Origin: Phyllosticta citribraziliensis
Taxonomy: Eukaryota
Direction of reading: 5' to 3'
Assembly (NCBI RefSeq): GCF_038025025.1
Contig: NW_027117350.1
Span: 1-64,000 of the forward strand
DNA length: 64,000 bases
This document shows, piece by piece, positions 13,424 to 26,700 of the stretch. Position 1 is the first letter of the stretch, and every line of letters starts with the position of its first letter. The translations under genes and the position numbers were made by a program. The notes below the pieces were generated by a model. The model was not told where the DNA came from. It saw nothing but the letters and a program-made list of their open reading frames with translations, and searched no databases.

Positions 13424-14316
13424 ATGTAAGGTTTATCATCTATAGCTATATAGCCTGCTACTAACTAGCCTATTATACTACATCGCTGCTGGTTCACTAT
13501 TGCGCAGCCTATTTTAGAGGAAGAAGGTAAAGAGCCTGCTTATACATGCTGTTATTATAATCCTGCAGCTCATTAGGTTCTAGTAGCTAAGTACTTACTA
13601 CCTGCTACTTTATATAATAGTAGCAACAGTAAGATTCACATTACAGCGTTGCTAGTTAGCTCTAATAAGGCACCTATTAAGTAGGACTTTAAGTTGATAC
13701 TTTACATCCCTTATAAGAATATAGAGAGTATCGTGCGAGTAAGTTTATCTTACTAATATAAGGGATTCTTATCTAACTAACTATATAGGCGCACCTTAGT
13801 AGTTCTAAAGTATAAGAGCGCGCTAAGCATATCTTGGCCTTAGGTAACAGCATACCTTACTCATATATTATAGTTTCTACTTAGTAATTTAACTACTTAT
13901 TAGTTAAAACTTAAGCTAGCTTGCGCGATACTTTTCTTATCTAGTATACCAGAATTAATAACCCTATTAGCTGCACTAAGTGTCGCGATAATACTAATAC
14001 TTATATATTTATTAGTTATTACTACCTGCCTAGTTTCTTATAGGGCTGCTGCACTAACTGCCTTTAAGGTACAGGTAACCTTAACTACACTATAAGTAAC
14101 TTAAAGGGTGCCAAGCTGCCTGCTTATTATAAGAGGCATAAAGACAAAATTTATATAGAGGAGTTCTAGAACTTGCGCTACTAAGCTAGGTTAGAGGATT
14201 AAACTAATTAGGCTTTAGCTAAGTAGGACATCCTGCTTAATAAGCTAGAGGATCTAGAGGAGATGGTCTTATATAATAACTATTATAATAAGAAGAAGGG
14301 AAAAGGAAAGAAGTAA
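13424..14316 (+). pseudogene. Antisense spliced gene in A1 encoding a Cys-rich DUF3716-like protein (~260-280 aa), RIP-disrupted
   Basis: Intron 13739-13788 (GTAAGT..CTAAC..TAG) joins two exons in frame, and there is an upstream intron at 13173-13220. The A1/A2 consensus reads AFLIQ.T..NPVSCTKCR......F.S.CHLPGF..GRCTNCL.GTGNLNC and ends KKKGKGKK*. Confidence 0.75.
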
Positions 14317-14499
14317 AGGGTAGAAATTAAAGAAGAGGATAGTAAGGAATAAGTAGTAAAAAGGAGAGACTAGAGAGTAGAAGTTAAGATTAATAGTATT
14401 TATATAAGGGTAGATAGTAAACTAATTAGTCTACTTTCTATATCTTTATAATATTTACTATAGGCCTAAGTAACTTATTTTATTATTACTTTCTATTTT

Positions 14500-17400
14500 A
14501 ATCTATAGTTCTTCTTAGAGGAAGGCAGCCTTCTATTTTTCTAGATTTTTTAGTAGTCCTGCTATGATGGGGTATAATGAGTAGAATTCTTTAATTTTCT
14601 ATAGTGCTCTACTAAAAGAACTTATATTATACTACTAGTTATCTTAGTTATATCTAGTCTATTTAACTTGGTATTAAAGCTTCCTATATAAGACTTGACT
14701 AGCTTAAATATAGTCTACTTCCTACTTAGGCTTATCTTAAATAATCTTAGGTTTAGGTTTAGTATAGTCCTAACTAGGAAGCTGTTCTATTTTGGCCTTA
14801 TATAGCCTGTTAGTATAGAAAAGATTAACTATCTTTATATATAAGGGAAGATTAAGGATATAAGAGGGTCCTTCTATTCCTATAATCTTAAAAGGTCTAG
14901 TATTAGGGAAGTCTAATTTAAGGTTTAGCTGATTAGTAGACCATCTGGTTTTCTTAATATAGATATAATCTCTAACTATAAAGTCTAGCGCGCGACGGTA
15001 TTTATTAGCTTATTAGTATATATACTCTTAGGATTTAAGAATAAGATTCTTTATAAATTTAAAAGCTTCTTATCTTCTCTTTTATAGTGTTTATACTACT
15101 ATGCGAGCTATCTTTTCTAGTTACTAGGGGGTCTCTGTTCTTTATTACTAGTTGTAGTGTATTTAAGGGGAATATCCTAACTTAATCTTAAAAGGTAAAA
15201 GTCTAGTAGCTTTATAGGGAAGTGTTACTTGTGTAAGGTCTATTAATAGTAGAAGATTAGACTAATTATTCTGAAAGTAATTGATAAAAGGTCTTAATCT
15301 TTATATAAGATGCTGATTAATAATCTCTATAATACTATTAGTTTAAGAGTGGTAGGATGAGTTAAAATACTACTCTATACTAGTTAGCTTATATAGTTTA
15401 TTTATAAATGCTGAGATGAACTAAGGGCCTTAGTTAGATAGGATAGACTTAGGGTTTCTATAAATATAGTAGATATGTTTATAAAAGAGTCTAGAGACTC
15501 CTTTAGTATTAATCTTCTTTATATAAGGTAAGCTAAAGGTTCTTTAACTTAACTAGTCTATAATAACTAGGATTGTATTGTAGCCTTTTTAGTTTTTAGG
15601 CATCTCTTTAAAATCTATGGCTAAGTGTTGCTAGGGTTGAGTAGGAATCTCTAGGGGTTATAGAAGGCCTAGGTCTTTATTATAAAACTCTTTTATTTAG
15701 CAGTAAATATGGCATCCTTGCCTGTAAATATTAATTATGTGATTTATAGCTGGCTAGTAGTAATATTACTTAAGGAGTTTTCGCATCTTTATAATACTAG
15801 GATGGGTGGTTATATAGGTAGTATATAAAGTGTTAAGCATTCTCGCGCGGAGGTTATTATAATCTAGTATAAAGAGTATACTATATTATAGTAAAAGACT
15901 ATCCTTTAGTTCCTAACTATTTCTTTATTTAAGGTCCTTTAAGAGGGCTTTCTATCTTTAGAGTTCTAATTTAGAATTTTCCTAGTTTATATGGAGGAGT
16001 TTATTTAAAAATAATACTAGAGGAGGAAGTTCTTATTCTAAAATAGAAAGAGGGATAATAGTCTCTAGTAGGATAAGGTATATCTCTTATATAGCTCTTA
16101 CCTTTTCTTTTTAAGTCTTTAAGTCTTCTTATTTTTAAGTAAGGTAATTAGCGATGATATTTTCCTTTCCTAGTTAATAGGAGAATTATATGTAGAACTC
16201 TATAAAAAACTTAGACTATCTAGCTTGTTATTAATTAAGTTGTTGTTTAGTAGAGTAGTACTCTAATGCCTAATAGTCTATAATTGCAAGAAAAGGTTTT
16301 TTAAGGCTAATAAGTATTAGTCTCTATTCTTCTAGTCTATTCTTAATAGCTAGTAGTTCTTTATCTGAAATTCTATAATGAAGTTCTGCGTCTACTATTA
16401 CCTTAGAGTAGAATGCTACTAGTTTCTAATTGCATGAAGGTTGCTAGAGCTGCATTAAAATGCTAGTAGTAACTCTATTACTTGTATTAGTCTCTATATA
16501 AGTGTTAAGAGTAGGGTTATAATTGGCTAGGAGTATATTACTATATATTAGCTTCTTAAGTTATTAAATTGCCTCTTCTTCTAGGGGTCCTAGTTGTTGC
16601 TATTTTGCCTTAGAGTATAGTTTCTCTAATAGCTAGCTGATTTATCTATAGTTAGGGAGAAATTGTTAGTAGAAATTATAGAAACCTAGGAAGGATTAAA
16701 GAGCTTTAAGGGTTTTTAGTATTAGCTAGTTTTATATAGGTTCTACCTTATCTAGGTCTATTTAAATGCCTTCTATAGAAATGATGTATCTAAGAAACTT
16801 TATATGAGTAACTAAAAACTCGCTCTTCTTTAAATCCACCTATAGTCCTGCTTTTTATAGTCTTACTAGTACTTTTTTTACTTGTTCCTTATGCTCTGCA
16901 GGGTTTTTAGAGATAATAAGCATGTTGTCTATAAAAGCCATAATAAAATTGTCTAAATACTTAAAGAGAACCTGGTTAATGAAACGTTAAAAGGCTATAG
17001 GTCTGTTGCTTAATCTAAATAGTAAGATATGGTATTTAAATAAGCTGTATCTTATATAGAAGGTAGTCTTGTCTTTAGAATCCTTAGTAAGATGAATGTA
17101 GTGGAAAGCTTATTAAATATTAAGCTTAGTATAAATTTTGCCCTTTCTAATGCGCTAAAGCAACTCTATAATAAGAGGAAGGGGGTGTAAATCCTTAGTA
17201 GTTTATTTATTAAGCTATTAGTAGTCTATGTAAAATCTCTATCCCCTACTAGGCTTTTTTACTATAAGAATAGGAGAAGTATAGGTGGTAAAGCTCTTAG
17301 TAATAAAGCCTTTCTAAAGGTTCTTAATAATATACTCTTTTACAGCCTTAAGCTGCTCTAGAGACATTCTATAGAGAGGACTAGGTAGAAGCTCTAGTAG

Positions 17401-17922
17401 ACTATTATATATAAGAGATATTTTATAATTAACCCCCATGTAATATGGTAGTAGCTTATTAGACTCTATTTTAGAAAACACATCTTAAAATTCCTTATAA
17501 GTGGCTAGTAGCTTAGAAGCTAGTAATCCCTTAGTTTCCTTATCTTTAAGAGCTGCTTAAACTTGTATAAGGTTAATAGTGTAGATCTCTATTGGCGTAA
17601 CTTGTATTTTATAAATAGAAAGCTTAAATATATCTTGAGTTTAGAATTCAATTCCCTTAATAACCTGTACTAAGGGAAGGAGGTGTTTATTAAATTTTTT
17701 ATCTCTATAGTCTATATCTACTTGGTATTTTTTCTGCAGTTCTTTACTTTACACAGAGATTTTTAGTAGGTGTAGAAGATGCTAAAAGGACTAGTTGACT
17801 AGTAGCTGTCTCTAGACTAGTTTATATCATTTATAGTCTAGGAGGACGTCGTGCTAGTTAAAAAACTGTTACCTAAGAATCATGTTATTATAGCTAATAT
17901 TACAAATAAAAGCATAAGTAGA
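14500..17922 (-). pseudogene. pol remnant of A1 (partial PR, RT, RNaseH, IN, chromodomain)
   Basis: RT motif YLDNFIMAFIDNMLIIS at ~16910-16960. Chromodomain (de-RIP EWEVDHI..SRV...KLQYQVKWTG) at ~14550-14730. Confidence 0.88.
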
Positions 17923-18335
17923 TGCAGATTTCTTATTATACAGGTAAGGGCTAAAGGCAAACTACTAGAGAATGCGTATATATCTTAATTAAATCTAATA
18001 AGTTAAAAGAATGAAATATAAAAGATACTTACTACCTATATATTTCCTAGTCCTTCCTTTATACTATTCTACCTCTTATCCTTTATATAAGGGTCCTTAG
18101 TTATTATTAGGTGAGTTGTAAAGGTAAGGTGTTAATGGGCTGTTATGTGGTATCTTCCTAAGGCTGCAGTGGCTAGTGCCAGGCTGTAGTGGCTGGTGCC
18201 AGCCTGCAGGTTTCAGCCTAAGCTATAGCGGGCTACTACCTAAGGTGAGGCTCGTGCTTCCTATAACCGCGCGATGCCGGGTTTGTCTGTGCTGGCCCTA
18301 GTGCTCACATAGGCGCGTGTATGCCTATTGTGATA
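17923..18335 (-). repeat. 5' LTR of A1, lacking ~10 bp at its internal edge
   Basis: Matches 12204-12616 and is joined directly to protease-region sequence. Confidence 0.9.
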
Positions 18336-18489
18336 TATACTTACTTAGAATATTATAGGATATATATACCCTTTAGGATCTTAGAGTATATAATCCTAGT
18401 TTTAGGCTAGGGTCTATTTAATAGGTATAATAGGTATAATAGTTAGTCCTACTAGCTCTTACTAGTTCTTAGTAGTAGGTTAATCTATT

Positions 18490-20148
18490 AATAGACTATA
18501 TTAGCTAGATCTTTATCCTTATTAGTAAACTTCTTAAGCCTATCTTCTATAATTAGATTTATAGCCTTCTCTCTACTAAGTTCTTTAAGCTTATAAGTAT
18601 TAGTTTCCCTATTAGCCTTATAGATCTTAAATAGCCCTTTCTAGAAGAAGTAAAGCTTTATATTATACTTATCCTTAAGCTTAGTATAGTAGAGTAGTAC
18701 TTAATTTCCCTTATTAAATCCCTTATCTATTACTTCTCTAACTTATAGATAATAGCTATTAAACTATTCCTTATTCTACTCCTATAAGTAATATACTTAT
18801 AATATAGTCTCCTAGAGTTTCTTATTATATAAGTTAATCTACTTTACTTATAGGGCTAGTAGGTCTCTAGTATTCTTTATATCTTACTATAGTATAAGCT
18901 ACTATATAGGTATCTCTATTTTAATAGGGAGTATATAGTCCCTTCTATATAAGACCTCTATAGAAGTTATTCTAGTTATCCTATAAATTATAGTCTTATT
19001 AGCCTATAGGATACTATAAAAATATAGCCTCTAAGGCTTAGTACCTCTAGTAGATAGCTTAGCTAGTATATTATTAATTTACCTATACCCTCTTTTAACT
19101 ATACTATTTAACTCTAGGTAGTATACTAAAATATTAACCTTAGATATATAATATAGTTCTATAATAAGTTTAGTATAGCTTAGGTTCTTATTATCTCTAT
19201 TTATAATAAGGTATTAAAAGGTACTATAGTAATAAATTAGCTCTTTATATAAGAAGTTAGCTACTAGGGTAGCTTTTAATAAGTATAGGATTTATCCTTT
19301 AACCTAGCTAGAAACTACTTCTTATATATTAATATAGAAACCTCTAGATATATAGATAATATCTATATACTACTTATTATCTAGGATTAGTATCTTAAGG
19401 GATAGGTAAAGGGCCTCCTTATTATATAATAAACTATAAAATATATAGGTCTAATAATCTTAGTATTCTTACTTATACTTAGCCTATAGTCCTTCTTAAA
19501 AGTACTAATTTAAGACTTTCCTAAATATTCCTTCTTTAGTATAATAGCTAAACTTATAGTATAGCTATTATACTATCTATTTTTAAGCTATAGGATTATC
19601 TACTACTTATTTTAATAGTATATTCTTAGATAATTACTAAAATAGGTATTAGTTATAGATCTAGTACCTATAGGCCTTCTATTACTATTTTTAGGCCTCT
19701 AATTATATAACTTTAGGTAAGAGTAGTTTATAGGTAATAAATTTAGCTAGGTCCTTAGATTCTTAGGAGTACTCCTTATATAGTACTCTATATAGAATAA
19801 CCTCTCCTAGTAGGCTAGAGGGGCCTAGTACTAGTATTTAATTAGCTAATATTAACTCTCCCCTAGTCTAGTAGATAGTTAGTAGAAGGTCTATAGAACT
19901 AATTATATATATACTTAGCTATAGGGATAATAGTAGCTTATCTATTTTATCTTCTATCTTTTTTACTTATTTCTATAGGTCTTCCTTATTTAACTCCTTA
20001 AAATTTAGCCTTTTTAATAGAGTATCTACTACCCTATTCTTTATCTTAGTAATATATAGTATCTTAAAATCCTATATAGATAGCTAGCTAAGCTACTACT
20101 TAAGGACTCTACCTATTATAAATTTAGTCCTATTATTTAGGTAGTCTT
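18490..20148 (-). pseudogene. pol 3' part of element C (RNaseH end and integrase with GPY/F-type C-terminus)
   Basis: De-RIP reading GDWVLLY...WKGPFKI...YKLKEL at ~18570-18710. Confidence 0.8.
19853..19881. promoter_or_regulatory. 29-bp palindromic site, copy 3 (element C)
   Basis: taactc-tccc-ctag-t-ctag-taga-tagtta. Confidence 0.6.
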
Positions 20149-20321
20149 TATTATAAGTTTAGTTAGGATATCTTTTCTTAAGTAAGGATTATATTATTAT
20201 TATTTCTATCTTAGCCCTAGGGCCCTACTTATTCTCATCTACTTACTTATACTACTAAGCCTACTAGCTAGTACCTACCTTACTTATCTAAGGTATCCCT
20301 AACTATCTACAGACTATAATA
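20149..20321 (-). repeat. 3' LTR of B1 (173 bp)
   Basis: TATTATAAG...CTATAATA (RIPed TG..CA), matching 31840-32012. Confidence 0.93.
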
Positions 20322-20462
20322 GTAGTAGCTAAAAAAGAAAGTTATCCTTAACTTAGAATTTACTATCCTCCTCTACCTATTAAGAAATATTCCCCTCCTA
20401 GGATAAGTAAAGAAAGAAAAGGAAAATTAGAAAGAAAGAAATAGATCTATACTAGGATATAT

Positions 20463-23390
20463 TTAATTACTAATATCCTTATCTTTATCTATATTAGACT
20501 AGTCCTTACTACCTATTATATTATTATCTTAAGGTAGGGCTAATAACTAGATAAGGAGGTTTTTCTATATATTAATACTATAACTACTTTTACCTTCTCC
20601 TAGTATAGGTATATAATATATAGTAATACCTATATCTATATAGAAATTAGGGTAAAGGTATCCTAAAGGAATATAGCCTATAAACTAATTAGTAAATCTA
20701 ATATTAGTACCTAGGAATTATTACTCTAGGCTATCTATATCCTATAATATATATAATATAAGTAGTTATAGGGTAAGTAGTCTAGTAACCTATATATATT
20801 TTAGAGGGTCCTCCCTAATATATTAGATTAGGTAGTTTAATCCTATATAAAAAGTAAGGTTATTAACTAGTATAGGAGTAATAAACTTATTAGGGATAAT
20901 TCCTCTAATAATAAGGTATATAGCTTAGTAAGGGTCTATTATAAGGAGTATAGCTATTAGGTCTATATATTAGTAGAGAGAGCCTACTTTACCTAAATTA
21001 GGGTATTAATATACTATATAGCTCACTAAGTACTCTAGGAAAGTAGCTATACTTAGACTAATAATATTACCTTAGTTAATAGGACCATCCTTAGGGATTA
21101 AGGGGTCTTTTATACTAGTATTAGATCTAATATACTTACTATTATTATTAGGTTTACCTAAAAGTAGCTTATCCTAAGTTATAAGTAGGGTATTATTAGT
21201 ATCTACTATAAATATAGTATAGTTAGGGTAGTCTAAGTAAACCTATAGAATAAGCTTATCTAGGCCTTTAGGTTTTATATCCTATAATATTATATCTTTA
21301 TTAGGAGGGGGTATACCTTAAAGTATTTCTATAAGCTCTACCTTATTATTATTAATAGGACTATTATATTAGTACTAACCTACTTCTATTCTAGAAGTAT
21401 AGAACCTAGTACCTATAAACTACTTATTCCTATTTTTTATAAGGGTAGTAGTAAATATATAGAGCTCTATAAGTAGTATATTACCTCTTATTATATAATT
21501 TATTATAAGAGTATAATAGCCTACTCTATCCTATATTTCTTACTTATAAAGGTACTACTTTATACCCTTAAAGACTAGGATATCTTTATATATAGAGAAA
21601 AGTAGTCTATTATAATTATAAATAGTAAGGCCTCTTATTACCTAGGGATATATCTTATTAATATTAGGGTTACTAGGCTTCTTTTTACTAATATACTTAT
21701 TATAGCCTTCTCTACTAATAAGTCTATACTACCTTATAAGTATTATATATTAGATCTTACTATCCTTATCTTAGTAATATAAGGCCTATCTATTAGGGTA
21801 ATAATATAGGTTTAGTCCTCTATCTTTATAGTAAAATAGCTAGAGTTAGTAGAGGTTATAGAACTTAAAATCTATTATTACTTAATAAGCTAAATAATAG
21901 AGGGTACCTATTATTATAGAGAATAGGCTTATACTAGGTAGGGAAAGGTACTAATCTTTAATAAATATACTTAAAATATAGTTAATAATAGGAAAGTTAC
22001 TAGTATCTATAAGGAATATAGTATCCTAGTCCTATTTATACTCTATAAAAGTCTTAGGGTTATAGAATAGATAGTATATACTTTTCTTTAGGAATAACTA
22101 GTCTCCTATTTTATCTTAGGGATTAACTACTACTAGTTTATCTAGTATAATATTAGGTATACCCCTTAGTTTCTTTAATTATATAATAATATTTAGTATA
22201 CTAGTAGTCTTCCCTATTTTCTTTATCTTCTATAATATAACTAGTCCTTTAAGGTCTACCCTTTCTTTTCTCTACCTTAGTATTAGGGTATCTAGGAATT
22301 CCTTTCCTAAATCTATATTATTATTAGAAACTTAGGGTATATATTAAATTATAGTTATAATAATTTTATTAGTATTATAGGAAGTATTAATAAGTTAGTA
22401 GGTTTACTTTCTAATAGCTAAATTCTAGGCCTATAGGTCTATATTAGTAATATCTACTATTTTATAGCTTACCTTAACCTATAAAGTTACTCTAATTATA
22501 CTAAAACTAGGAGGTATTTATATTAGGTAAGAAGCTAGTATTCCTATACTAAGAAGGCTTATAGCTAGATTAAGGGTAAGACTAGGTTAAGGTATAGTTT
22601 CTAATAAGAAGATAGGTATCTACTATCTCTTATCCTTAGTATCCTCCTCTAATTCTTTAGTAGTAAAGTACTTATACTTATTACTATAATTAGTATTATA
22701 CTCCCTTATATATATTTCTAGTATACTACTATCTTTATTACCTTAGTAAAAGCTATAGCCCTAGTATCCTAAGCCTCTAGCCCCTAATATACTATATCCC
22801 TATATAGTTATAGAGGTAGAAGGTAGTATATTTATTATTAATATATCTACTATCTATATTATAGTATTAGTATATAGGATAGTTATAAAGGGGTCTACTA
22901 TCTCTTCATTATTAATAACTTAGTTTAGTATATCCTATTATAAATACTTACTAGTATTAAGAGAGAAGTAGTTATTCTATACTTCTATTCTAAGGATAAT
23001 ATTATTTTACTTAAGGGTAGGTATACTATTACTAATAGTAGGGGTATTATTTAGTATTATATCTACTAGAGGAACTATACCTATATTAGGTACTATATTA
23101 TAATTATTATATAAAAGGTTTTACTATTCTTATAGGTTAGTAATATTTATTAGGGTAGTACTAATAAGTCTATTCCTATTATAGTCTAAAGGCCAACTAT
23201 ATTAGTCTCTTAGGTAGTTTATATATTTATATTATAGATAAGGTTATATAGTAAGGTTAATATAGGGTTATAAGTTAATATCCTATAGGGCCTAGTATTA
23301 ATTAGGTATATATACTATAGCTAGTATTAGTTACCCTACTAATATATAGCCCTCTTCTTACTTAGTAATACTTATATATATAAAATATTT
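20463..23390 (-). pseudogene. ORF3 of B1 (unknown product)
   Basis: Reverse complement of the B2 ORF3 at ~46200-49090. Confidence 0.6.
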
Positions 23391-23759
23391 TTAGTAGTAA
23401 TATCCTCCTAGGCCTCCCTTTATTAGGAGATACTTAGGTATACTATATTAGCTCCCTTTATAAGGTAGGTACTAATTTAGTACTCTTTCTTAGTAGTTTA
23501 GGGTTTCTTATCCTTATTCTTTATATTTAGTAGATAACCTTACTACTTTAATACTATAGGGATAGCTATTTCTAGTAGTATATATAGTAGTTTATTATAT
23601 AATAGCTTATCCTATAATAATTTATTATATACCTTAGTAGGTAGTAGCTTATCTATATTATTATTTTCCTTTAGGTCCCTAGGTATAATAGTAGTATATT
23701 AAGGTAGTCCTAATTTCTATTAGGGCCTATACTAGTCTAGCTTTACTATTATCTCTTTA

Positions 23760-26700
23760 TTTAACCTTATATTATATTTTTTAATAAGATCTATTACTCC
23801 TTCTAAATTATTTAAGTTATACTATACTTAATACTATAGCCCCTAGCCTTTCTAGTTAACTAAGTATTATAATTTTCTAGTCCTATAATATTTATACCTA
23901 TTTACTAAGTATAAGATTTTATACTTAGGTACTAGCTTATTAGTATTAATAATAGGTCCTAGCTCTAATATAGTATTATACTTAAAAGGGTTAGGACCCT
24001 CCTTTTCCTTTTTTAATTAGGAGATATTAATAACTAGATAAATCCTTAAGCTACTAGGGATAGCTAGTTTATAGGCTTATATACTAATTACTTATATTAC
24101 TTTATAAGGTCTAATATATATATTCTAGAATTTCTATAGTAGATTACTATATACCTTATATCTATAGTATAACTATAGATATACCTTATCTCCTAGTTTA
24201 AACTAGACTAGATAGTACTTACTATTATATTACTCTTTTTATATTACTACTATAAAAGTAAGGGCTTCTTAAGCTTTAGTATAGTAGTTTAAATAGAGGG
24301 TTTTTAAGTTTATATCCTTAGTAGATTCTACCTAGTTATACCTATTATCTTATAGGTTAAATTTATATAAGATTTTATAAGGGGTATATCCTATTAAGGT
24401 ATTTTAAGAAGAATTTATAGTCCCTTAAATATAAGGGAGAGTATCTACCTAACTCTAATTAGGGTTAGTTATAATGAAGAACTATAGAGTAATTTTTACT
24501 ATCTAGTTAATATACTTACTTTACCTATCTATCTAGGGATAGTAAGTAGTGGTAATATTTAGGTTAATTTTTATTATCTTAAAAATACTACTTATAAATT
24601 ACCCTAACTAATAGGAGTCCTAGTTTATAATTATAATAGAAGGTAGACCTTATCTATATCTATAGAGTTCTTTAAACTATAAACCTTCTTAATTACCTAT
24701 AGTCTAGGTCTTTTAACTAGGGATTAGTAAGATTACTTTAGAAAATTTATAGGTTATAATTAGAAGTATATTAAAACCCCCTTTATTATATATAGGTAGC
24801 TTAGTAATAAAATTAATATATATAGTAAAGAAGGGGACCTTTACTACTATAATAGGGACTATTAATCTATTAGGTTTATATTAAGGTATTTAATTTATAT
24901 AATAGTTAGGATAGTAATTAATATATACCTATACCTACTAGTGTAGGTACCTTATATAGTAGTAAGTATAAATGTAATCTATATATTAGTCTATACCTTA
25001 GTAGAAGTACTAATTATAGGCTTATTTAAATACTATTTATTTATAGCTTTAGGGAATATATAGTTATTCTTACTAGTCTCTTAAGTAGTTTATAAAGTAG
25101 ATTAACCCCTTTTATAGGAAGAAGTATAGATTAGGGACTAGTTCTTTATAGGAGTCCTTATTTTCTTCCTTATTAATAAGGGGAATAGGCTCTACTGTAG
25201 AGGTAGGAGTTAATATAGTTAGTTTAGTAGCTATAAGGAGCTCTAGTTCTGTAGGTATAAGGTTTATACTAATAGGTTAATCTATAGTTATTTTAGGGCT
25301 TACTAGCCTATAGTTATATTCCTACTACTACTTAAGGGCCTACTCTAAAATATAGAGTACCTTTACCTATTATATATTAGTACTATATACTATATAGAGC
25401 TTTTATTTAAATTTATTAAAGAGCTCTACTAATACTATATAGAAGTAAGTAGTAGAGTTACTATCTTTTAAGGTATATTAAACTAGGTCCTTATTATTAG
25501 GGAATTCTATACTATTAAGGGTGTTATCTATATCTATAGTTACCTTAGATAGTAATTAGCTTAGGGTATTAGGAATAATATAGTTTCTCCTTAATTAGTA
25601 TTATACCTTTAAAGGATACTAGCTTAGGTACTAGCTAGTATATATTAGATATAGGTTTAATTATTCTATAGATTAGGAGTTTCTAAAGTATAATTAGTAT
25701 ATAATAGTAGTAACTACTAAGTAGTTAGTAAATACCTAAGTATCTTTAGAGGCCTATATAAGTATTTATAATTTCTTAACTACTTAAATAACTCCTATTA
25801 TTTTAAGCTTAGTTATCTAGTATCTTATCTTAGCTCTTAAAAGATACTAGGATAGGAAGGCTATTAGCTTAATAGACTACTTTAAGAAGTCTTTAGCCTT
25901 TTTAAGCTAATTTATAGTAGGGTTTTTACCCTTTATATTCTCTATATTTATAGTAGGAGTCTAATCCTCTATAACTAGTTTAGGATTATCTTTTATATAG
26001 TAGGCTATTATACTAAAGCCTAACTCTTTACTAATATCTATATTAATAAAGAGGGGTCTCTTAGGTATATAGTAAAAATACTATTATATTTTATAAAGGG
26101 TTATTTATATAGCCTTAAATAATACTACTAGTACTAGGGAGTCTAGTAGTACCTATACTACTATATATTAATAGTATACTTATTTATCTTTAGAAGTACT
26201 TTATAATAGTATAGTCTTTATAGCTTCTAGTAGTTCTACTAATTATATATAGTAGGGATAGTTATCCCTTAACTAGCTAGTAAGTTTTATAAAGGTTTCT
26301 AGTTCTTAGAGGGTCCTTAGGAATTTAAGATCTTTTAGAGCTTAAATCTTAGCTTCTAATATTATAATACTAAATCTAAATACCTACTATTTTAATAGTA
26401 TAATAGATAGGTATCCTAACTAGGACTTCTTAGTACTTAGGCTTATATTTATACTATTAAGGATAGTAAATACCTTTTTAAGGTAATCTAGGTATTCTTC
26501 TAATATTTTAGAGAAAATAGTAATATTATTAATATATATTTATATAAAAGTATAGTAGTCCTAAAGAAGAGTATTATACTACTATTATATATACTATATA
26601 GAGTTATAGTATCCTATTAGGGCTATATTTAACTATTTAATACCTTAGTAGGTAAGTATAATTAGCTTATATTAATTATTAGGATAGATCTACTATTAAT

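Larger units (their letters stand above)
12194..18335 (-). mobile_element. Chromovirus LTR retrotransposon family A, copy A1, with an internal ~2.1-kb deletion of gag, the PBS and the first ~10 bp (plus-strand left end) of the 5' LTR
   Basis: Colinear with 51330-59569, with TG..CA LTR ends. The flanks are AATAC (12189-12193) and TATAC (18336-18340), a 4/5 TSD match. Confidence 0.93.
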
